64,000 bases of DNA, taken from contig OX597831.1 of assembly GCA_951406725.2 (NCBI GenBank), positions 37,572,001 to 37,636,000 on the forward strand, written 5' to 3'. Under the pieces are notes generated by a model. That model saw nothing but the letters and a program-made list of their open reading frames with translations, ran no database searches and had not been told where the DNA came from. Positions within the stretch are counted from its first letter, which is position 1. Every line of letters starts with the position of its first letter. The translations under genes were made by a program, and so were the position numbers. The DNA is from Octopus vulgaris. Taxonomy: Eukaryota. Shown here in pieces: positions 55,289 to 64,000 of the stretch.

Positions 55289-55326
55289 CAGTACCGGTTT
55301 CGGTCATTTTGAGACCTTTTCAACTG
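55289..55326 (-). ncRNA. Putative minimal hammerhead, U3-A8 core variant
   Basis: rc reads CAG-TTGAAAA-GGTC-TCAAAAT-GACC-GAA-ACCGGT-A-CTG. Confidence 0.6.
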
Positions 55327-55686
55327 TAACGATTAAATAATTAAATTTAGAAAAATTAGAAGAAAAGTTTTTTTAAAACAATATTTCTATAGTAGTGTTC
55401 AGATTTAAGTGGCATTCTGCCTTTCTCTGACTCCCTTGTTTGCACTTGTGTGTTCGAGGTAGTTGTGAGTTCTTGGTAGGGTAGTAGAGGGAAGGCTCCC
55501 ACCCCCTTTCCTCACCAGCCTTCCCTCTACTACCCTACCAAGAACTCACAACTACCTCGAACACACAAGTGCAAACAAGGGAGTCAGAGAAAGGCAGAAT
55601 GCCACTTAAATCTGAACACTACTATAGAAATATTGTTTTAAAAAACTTTTCTTCTAATTTTTCTAAATTTAATTATTTAATCGTTA

Positions 55687-55723
55687 CAGTTGAAAAGGTC
55701 TCAAAATGACGAAACCGGTACTG
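55687..55723 (+). ncRNA. Mirror copy of the U3-A8 hammerhead (one C lost from stem II)
   Basis: CAG-TTGAAAA-GGTC-TCAAAAT-GAC-GAA-ACCGGT-A-CTG. Confidence 0.55.
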
Positions 55724-55797
55724 AAATGTTCACTATAAAATTATTTTAGCATTTTCTATTTTTTACTTGTTTTTTCATATATATCAACTCGTGTGTT

Positions 55798-55868
<71 letters not shown>

Positions 55869-55945
55869 AATGGCGGTGCCCCAGCATGGCCACAGCTCGT
55901 GAGCTGGTACTAGAATCAATCAATCAATATATATACATATATAAT

Positions 55946-56075
55946 GCAAAATGGGAAAAGAACGCAAAACATCCAGATAGACGATACAAAGAAAACAAGG
56001 ATGGGTCATTCGGTGTTTTCTTTCCTCAGTCGAGTTCCAGAATATCTTTGCAATTTCGGCTGGTTATACTCGAGA
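55946..56075 (-). mobile_element. Truncated copy of the 54517-55208 element
   Basis: Sequence match; TA-flanked. Confidence 0.75.
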
Positions 56076-59000
56076 GTGTTTTTTATATAAATATATATAT
56101 ATATGCATAATAAGTACACACACATTTATAAGTGTAAAAATATTAGCCAGATTTGGAACTAACTGTAATGTGTTAATTCTTTGTTACGCTCATGTTGAAG
56201 CTAAAAAAGTTTGCGAGACAAATTTTTTGATTAGTATTTTAATTATTTAAAATGGATTATTTATTAATTATTTTATGTCCTGGTGTAACAAATATTATAT
56301 TATCGTTTTAGTTTATGCGTTCATTTTGTTATTTGTTTGTGCGTATGTGTTTCAATTTCTAATTCAGAAACATAAAATATATAAGAATGAAGAAAAGCTT
56401 ATTTTATGGTAATAATTTTTCTTGAAAACAGCTAGTTTAATGGAAAATAAATGAATTAAAAATATAAGTGATAAATAAACAGAAAATATTCAAATATAAT
56501 CTGCATATTTTTTCAAAAACTTTCTAATTGGTTAAAGGAATTGAGCTATTTCTTTTTTGTTTCTTAATTATGCGTATATATAAATTTTTCATAATGCAAT
56601 TATTATTTCAACCTTGTGTTCAACTTCTAAACTTTGACCTACCGCTAAATGATGTGAATTTCAAATGTTTAGCCAGCTGCAAAATTTGTAGAGATCGTCT
56701 GTATATTCAAATAACTTGTTTCGTTAATTATCTTTAAGAACTAAAATAAAATCAGAAAAAAAAACAAGGAACCATAAAATGTTTAATTTCTAGCGATAAA
56801 CATTAAAATATTTTGATTGATTAATGAGTTTTGATAAGTTTTATATATATAATCTTGTTTTTGTTTACGGAAGTTGGGACTCATATAAATCTGGTGGCTT
56901 AAATGAATCAAGTTCGAATTCATTTTTATTAATAATGACAAGGTATCGTAAGAGTGATGAATGCGGTTTAGTCTGGAAAACCGCTGTACGAGAAGTCGAC
57001 AGTTTACGAAGTCTTGTTTAACACTTAGACAGCAGGGAAAAGATCGCATGAATATGTATGCGAAACAGGCAACAAGCAAGAGATAACTGTCCTTCTTAAA
57101 GGTTGTTTTTATATTTATTTACCCTTTAAATAAGTACTAAAACTATCAAAATTATATTGAAAACCTCTTGGATTATACAGAAGCCAAAAATAAAACAACG
57201 GATTTATAAAATCATTTGATCCCAAACTCATTTGAGATTTCCGTACTTTTGTTGTCAAACGAATGTACAAATGGAGAAAAAAATGGTGAAGTAGTTGAAG
57301 TATCAATTTCTTCTGAACTATCTAGAGTATCATCATTACCATCATCATCACCTACCTTATCTGAGGATCAAGATAAGTCAGTAAAAGAAAACTTCTTTGC
57401 TTTTTACGCATGCTGGATAGAAACGTCAATCAGTCAATAGAGAGTGTTCATTGAGAGTAACTGTCACATGATGGCCCCCCAAAAGTAGGTTAGGTGGAGT
57501 CTCAGGATCAATGAAGTCTGATCAAGCTGGCTTCAATAATGATTGAACTGATGTAGGAGAACCGGGATGAATACTTGTGTGTATCGAATTTAAAGATTAT
57601 AAATGTGTTAGTCATAATATTTTAAAGAATCATTAAAATTGATTAGGTAATAGTCACCAGTTCATGTCCTTAGGTTTATTTCCTTGCAGGACATTGTGGA
57701 AACATTATATCCATTCTTGTGGAATCGGATTGAAATCCTAGCAAAATAATCCTTGAATAACTTACATATTCAGCAAATTATTTACGTCCTGGTTTGGGTT
57801 TCAGAAATAGAAGTACACAGCCGTTATACACAACCTAATCATAGATTCAATCCTCTATCGGATCCTCTAATCAATGGAAGTTATATGAACAAAGTTCAAT
57901 GAGTGAGTCTGTGAGAAAGATTTTTTGAAGGACCAAATTTATTTTTTTAGCTGGTAAACTTTATCAGGTTTGGTTTTTGCCATCACCGCTAAATTTTGGA
58001 GGACTATGGCTGAAAGCCTTTGCTGCTGGTATTTGAGCCAGGTCTGAAGACCACACTAAAGATAACTCTACCTCTTTCTGTTATTACCTTCATTGATGGA
58101 TCTAAAAGAACTCATGGGTGTCGCTCGTTCTTCTCTTTCTAAGTTATAAAAGAACACAAACCAAAACAACAATTCTTTGTTGTGATAGTTATCAACTATG
58201 CAAACACAAAGCTAACTCTGTTTTGGGGTAATAAGAACCCCAGTCATAACAACGTAATTAAACACCAGACAGCGAATTATCACAATCGTTAGAGCATCAC
58301 ATAGACTGCTTTGTCTTATTTGTTCCACCTTTCTTTTGTCTGGCTTCAAAACCCGAAGTGGCCGAATTCAGATTTCCTCATTTCGAAAACCATAAGCGTG
58401 TTAGTATTCCAGCACTGGAATAGATTCCCCGCTCCTGTGTCTCTTTCCGTGGAACAGAACAAGCAATTTTCAAAAATGGAAAAGAGAGAAGTCCATGACA
58501 TCCTTTATTTCACGGCAGCGCCTGGAAGTCTTTACCACGATTTGAGCTGTTGATGATGGCATAGAGTTAACACCACAAATGATTAATCAAACCAACGAAA
58601 CAATTTTCTCATGCAATCCATCGCTCTATAGTAAGAACGTCTTTCGATATCGGCTCCAAACCAGAAACTTTATAAAACGCAGCACAGAAATTAATTCTCC
58701 CTGAAATTATATTGTATTGCCTTAACTAAAATATCATGCTCTGGACATTGAAACAAATTGCAGAAGTAAAAGAGTTACTAACAGAGATAATGTGGCAGGT
58801 AGAGAGACTTTAATCAATCATGACAGTACACGTATTGGGAGGAGATAATCATTGTTGAACAATGCCTAAATCTACCAAAGAAAGGCGAAAGAAAAACTAT
58901 AATTAAGAGAAACAACTTTTTCGTAACGGGTGCACGCACAGCCGGCCGAATTAATTAAAATTTGAATTAGGCGTTAATTATTCCTTGTCCGTGAAGCAGT

Positions 59001-59578
59001 GCCACAGTCTTATCTTCCTGAGGTCTGCTTGATCGTATCTGACTTGATTTTAGACAAAGACGTTAGCAACAACAACAATATTGCCCACTGAACATTAGAA
59101 ACGATATTATAGAAAATAATGAAGCGAACTTAATTGAAGCACATTCGTATATTCTGTACTAACAAAGAATATATTTTCAATTTACCTTTATCAGTTGATG
59201 GCAAAATGTCTAAGTGGTAGAAGACTTAGATTTAAAATTAGATCTCTTTAGTCATTAAGTAATGTTAGATGTACCATGGCAATCCATGTGGCTTACATAT
59301 TGCAGAGTTAACAGCTGAGAGCGCACACATGCAAAAACACACATTCACACACACACATATAAATAGATAGATGGACAGACGGTAACACAGACAGACATAT
59401 AGATTGATAGATTGAAAGATAGATAGATAGATACATACATACATACATACATTAATAGATAGAGAGATAGATAGATAAACAGATAACTAGCTATATAGAT
59501 AGATAGATATATTGCTAGATAGAGACAGAGATAGATGAACAGATAGCTAGCTAGATAGATAGATAGATAGAAAGAAAA

Positions 59579-59632
<54 letters not shown>

Positions 59633-59872
59633 GTACGGGTTTAACACTATAGACGAATACATTTGCTTTGTGTACATGTTATCACATATAGAACGCTATA
59701 GTAAATAGCTGTGGTAGAGCGGAAGCATAGATATGCAACTTAAATCAGACGGATAATGTTGAGTCTGAATGTTGCCCTTCGGTAGGCTCTTCATCAGAAT
59801 TCTGATCAGTCCAATCATGCATGTATATATATGTATGAATATATGTGTATATATATATATATGTATATATAC

Positions 59873-60001
59873 AGGGTGATTCAAAAGTCATCATACGTAG
59901 GAAAAATTAATTTCTGTATAAGAAACAGTTAAATAAAAAAAACTGTTTCTTATTTTAAAAAATAGATAGTTCTTATTTATGGCGATTTTTTAATCATCCT
60001 G
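59873..60001. mobile_element. Tc1/mariner-type MITE
   Basis: ta|cagggtgattcaaaa ... tttttaatcatcctg|ta; internal ataagaaacagtt/aactgtttcttat inverted repeat. Confidence 0.75.
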
Positions 60002-60019
60002 TATACATAAACACACATT

Positions 60020-60875
60020 TCAATATAAAATCCGTTCTGCCTGTCTGTGTGTGTGTGTGTGTCTTCTAGGATCTCGGGCATCCTGCATCCGATTGCGCTC
60101 AAATTTGATATGTAGATACCGACGGTATCAGGGCGTGTATAAGACTTTAAAACATTACAAAAATCGATTCCAGGTGAGAATGCGATCGATAAAGCCGTGG
60201 GAACGTGCATTTGTACGCGCAAGTGCATCAGTTGTTGCCATCGACACTACGCGTACGCGAGAAAAATGCACGTGCAGTTTACACAAAAAAATCATCATGC
60301 TTTTCCATGTAGATTTACCTCCAGTTAACCCATTTGCATGCATCGTTTTTTTCCTGCTTTTCTTCCGTCAATCTGTACATAACTACACCATCCAATTTTT
60401 GTGTTTTTGTACTGCTTACAGGCACGTTTCTTTCCTGCCAAGCTTACTGTTTAAACCATGTTTGTGTACTCCCAGTCAACAGCCTTAGTATTACTGATAC
60501 TTTAAACTCTTCGGTTTAATACTTTTGTGAATACATATATGTAGCATTCTATGTATACATATGCATGTTTACACACTTGTATAAGCACGTATATGTACAT
60601 AGAAAATGCACACTGCTACGGCTTTAGGAAGTATCGAAGAAGTGAGGTTTCCTCCTGGTGCAATGATATACGTTACGATGTATCGTCTATGAAGCCGCTT
60701 TCACTTTCATAATTAAATGAAACGATTGCTCTTTCCCTTCCGGTTGCAGCATCGGCTTTAGAAACGTTTACAAAGCATTTTAGTAATCTATGCAATGTAA
60801 AGTATTTCTGTAGGTTTTTGATCTGCGGGCGACATCAACTACAGAAATAGATGTCTTCCGGCGGCTGTCACTGAT
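60020..60875 (+). mobile_element. Helitron-like non-autonomous element (3' boundary uncertain)
   Basis: 5' TC..tataaaatc, (gt)n, ccgattgcgctcaaatttg motif typical of non-autonomous Helitrons; GC-rich imperfect hairpin near 60825-60875. Confidence 0.45.
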
Positions 60876-61048
60876 TATATATTTATCTTTATAGACAATG
60901 GATGAAAATTAATTACCTTAATTTACTTGTCAACTAAATCCGCAGATTTACATATCAAAGGCTGCTCATAAGCTCATACCGATTTATACTTTCGATCATC
61001 AAAATCTAATAGCACTTTTCAGCGATATCTATACCTCTCTCTCTCTCA

Positions 61049-61096
<48 letters not shown>

Positions 61097-61098
<2 letters not shown>

Positions 61099-61350
61099 AA
61101 CGATGAATAGCTTCGCGTAAACCATGGTCCATTTTGTTCTCTTACTTTATTATCATCTTATAATCATCTCATAATAATAATTTTTATGACTCGTATTAAT
61201 ACCTCAGTGAATCTAAATGTATATATTTGTCGTAACCTGTCATAAATAGCCCTTTTTTATTTGCAATGTGCATTTTCGTTGATTTTTCATTTTTTACCCT
61301 TACTTTTTCACGTGTATTTTATATTTTCTTTTCGTAACATATTTCTAAGA
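61097..61350 (+). mobile_element. (TA)n-inserted element, same family as 25778-26030
   Basis: End-to-end alignment. Confidence 0.85.
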
Positions 61351-61710
61351 TATATATATATATATGTATATATATATATTCAATTTGACAAGGAATTTAC
61401 TATTACTAAAATGATTTTAAAATTGTATAGAGAAAATATTATTGCTTTCGATGAGGAATCTCATCTTATCCATTATCAGTAAAAATGTATCAAAATCTGC
61501 GATAAAAGCAGTTTATCTTCTGTCTGGGCGTCAAACATTCGTCTGGAGTTTTTTGTTGTAGTCTTCTCTAAATATAGTTTGCTAGAGAGTTCAAGGTACG
61601 AGAGAGAAATAGTGGGGTGTAGTGGTCTATTGTCTAAAAAGAAACACTTGCGGGTTACTAGCAAGTTATTGAATGGGTTTTACGTTCATCTGTTTCTGAG
61701 TCTGTGTGTA

Positions 61711-61744
<34 letters not shown>

Positions 61745-61919
61745 GTTGTGTGCATTGTGTCGAATGTCCTTTCAATATGTTTGGAATGTGACCAATTGTA
61801 TGTTAAGGTGTCTCTACGTTGAGACGAATTGTTTAATGGGGGTGTATGTGTAGGTTTGTGTGTGTGCGAGTGATGTTTTACGATATATGCATATGTATGT
61901 ATGTATATACATATATATG

Positions 61920-61987
<68 letters not shown>

Positions 61988-62099
61988 TAGATATATATGT
62001 GTGTGTGTGTTTGTATAAATATATATAATATAAATAATATATAAATATATGCATATATACATACATATATGTACATACCTACATATATATGTATATATA

Positions 62100-62748
62100 C
62101 ATGCATATATGGGTACAGGACATAAAAAAAAAACGTTGAACACAATGAGAAACGAAAATAAAAATGCAAAAACATCGAAATGAACTTATTTTTCAAGCAA
62201 CGAAAAAAAACAGAGAAACGAGACATACAACATAAAAAATATTCCCCTTCTTCAGTTGTCCCTGTTTCATCTACTACGCCTTACGAAGGTAAGGGCAAGA
62301 TACGACTTCTTTAAAATAGTCGTTCCCCAAAAGCAAATTAAATAAAATGTGAGATTTTTTGCGGAGGGTGAAAGTGCTTACAAGAACAGGACAGTGAGAA
62401 CAAAACATTAAAAATAATAAAAAAGTAAAAGCATTAAAAGATGTGAACAAAATAAAAACAAACAATGAGGGTTGTTAAGTGAAGACGATGGAATAATAAT
62501 TATATATGTATATATACATGCATATATGGGTACAGGACATCAAAAAACCGTTGAACACAATGAGAAACGAAAACATAAAAAGAAAAACATAGAAACGAAC
62601 AACGAAAAAACATAGAAACGAGACATACAACATAAAGAATATTCCCCTTCAACAGTTGTCCCTGTTTCATCTACTCCGCGTCGAAGGTAAGGACAAGACG
62701 CGACTTCTTTGAAACAGTCCTTCCCGCAAAGCAACATTTTAATAAAAT
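62100..62748 (-). mobile_element. Partial tandem pair of a (TA)n-associated element (strand inferred)
   Basis: catatatggg.tacaggacat...cgttgaacacaatgagaaacgaaa...aatattccccttc...aaagcaa at 62104 and 62521. Confidence 0.8.
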
Positions 62749-62847
62749 CTTGAATCTATATATATACAGTGTGCGATGGGTAAAATGTTGCACCCTTATA
62801 TATTTATTTCGCTCTTGCATATTGTTTGGTTTTGATTTTTTCTACTT

Positions 62848-63044
62848 TAGGCACAAGGCGCGAAATGTTTGGGGAGGTGTGAGGCAAATCGTTGAGATCG
62901 ACTCCCGTACGCAACTGGTACTTAATTTACCGACTCCGAAGAGGTGAAAGGCAAAGTAGGCCTCGGTGGAATTTGAACGTAAAGACCGACGAAATACCAC
63001 CAATCATTTCGCCCGGTGTGCTACCGTTTCCGCGAGCTGCCGCC
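62848..63044 (-). mobile_element. SINE family B
   Basis: aaaggcaaagt...ctcggtggaatttgaa...catttcgcccgg. Confidence 0.8.
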
Positions 63045-63120
63045 TTTGTTTAGTTGTGATTTTGTCGGCCACACAGTATAGTGGGGTGAGTTGAGCACCG
63101 TCTGTAAAAAAAACAGCACC

Positions 63121-63778
63121 ATGGCGCAATTCACTCTGCCAGAACTTTTTGAAATGTCTTCCTGTAGTGATTGGCAATCGCGCCGGAATATCCAATACGA
63201 ATATTGGATTTGTGTTTGGGTGTATCGAGAGTAAGAAATTCAAACACCCAGTCAACGTCATTTTGCTTGGAGTCATCACTGGTGTTGGCGACGTTGTGCC
63301 TCCATTCATCTTTCCACGTGGCCTCACACGTGGAGGTAGTCGTGGTGCCATGATCAACAGGGTGGCTGCTGGAAGACCCTATATCTGCCATCAGGACTGT
63401 GCACCATACCACACAAGCAGGAGAATCGTCCCGAAAATCTGGCCACTTAACTCCCCACATTGCAACCCCTTTCATTACTATGTGTGGGGCGCACTCGAGT
63501 GAGACCAACAAAACTCCTTGTAACACCAAAGATGAACTGAGGGCAAGGATTATGGTGTCTTTCACCAACCTAAAGAAGGAGACTGTCAAGAAAGGCTGCA
63601 GAAGATTCTGAAGTCACCTGGAGGCCGTGGTTGAAGCCAATAGCGATTTGATTGAAAAAATGTACTCTTTCGTATTTCAAGATATTTTCATGTAATTTTG
63701 GTAAATATGTCAAAATGAGATGTCGATGTTATTTTCATTTTTGTGCAATTTAAATAACAACTTATTCACTGCACCCTG
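63121..63778 (+). mobile_element. Internally deleted maT/DD37D-like Tc1/mariner transposon
   Basis: HPVNVILLGVI..GDVVPPFIF, GRPYICHQDCAPYHT, WPLNSPHCNPFHYYVWG, then frameshifted ETNKTP..RF*SHLEAVVEAN; right end caccctg|ta; left TIR possibly at 62767. Confidence 0.85.
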
Positions 63779-63817
63779 TATATGGATAGACAGATCGCTT
63801 AATTGATTGGTTGAAGC

Positions 63818-63975
63818 CGGCCTGGCAGTGTGGTAAGAAGCTTGCTTCTGAACCGCACGGTTCTGCATTCAGTCTCCTTGCTTATCAACTTAAAATAAAT
63901 GCCTTCCGTTCTAGCCTCGGGCCGACTAAAGCCATGTGACTGGATTTGGTATATGGAAACCGAAGGAAGCTCGCG
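63818..63975 (+). mobile_element. SINE family A, 5' fragment
   Basis: gtgtggtaagaagcttgc...tagcctcgggccgac...ggatttggt. Confidence 0.8.
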
Positions 63976-64000
63976 TGCGCACACACTCATGTATATAAAC

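Larger units (their letters stand above)
55235..55777. mobile_element. Near-perfect fold-back element (263/261-bp arms, 19-nt loop) inserted in (TA)n
   Basis: 55235-55497 is the reverse complement of 55517-55777 with only two 1-bp indels seen. Confidence 0.95.

Noticed and set aside
59745-59805. Minus-strand CTGATGAAGAGC motif in a microsatellite-flanked segment
   Set aside because: The first half looks like the pLTR hammerheads, but no GAAA follows stem II; too decayed to call

Overview
This is AT-rich, repeat-saturated eukaryotic DNA. The tRNA-headed SINE families and very dense (TA)n/(TG)n/(TAGA)n/(GAT)n/(TAA)n microsatellites resemble octopus (coleoid cephalopod) genomic sequence; the taxon is inferred, not proven. 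I found no intact host protein-coding gene, and almost all ORF-track entries are microsatellite or SINE read-through. Recognisable content is: at least four tRNA-derived SINE families (about 25 copies); fossil fragments of a Neptune-clade Penelope-like element (GIY-YIG), two R4/Dong-like LINEs, a CRE-like LINE, mariner and maT/DD37D transposases; and several MITEs and Helitron/Helentron-like pieces. The most interesting signal is a set of short non-coding elements inserted in (TA)n tracts. Several carry minimal type-I hammerhead-ribozyme motifs with palindromic stem III, including apparent core variants such as a compensated U3-A8, and they often occur as fold-back or direct-plus-inverted structures, including a near-perfect 543-bp hairpin. 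A parallel (TAA)n-targeted nest of R4-like fragments and a non-coding partner element is also present. Boundaries were set by eye and are approximate; no searches or folding programs were run.
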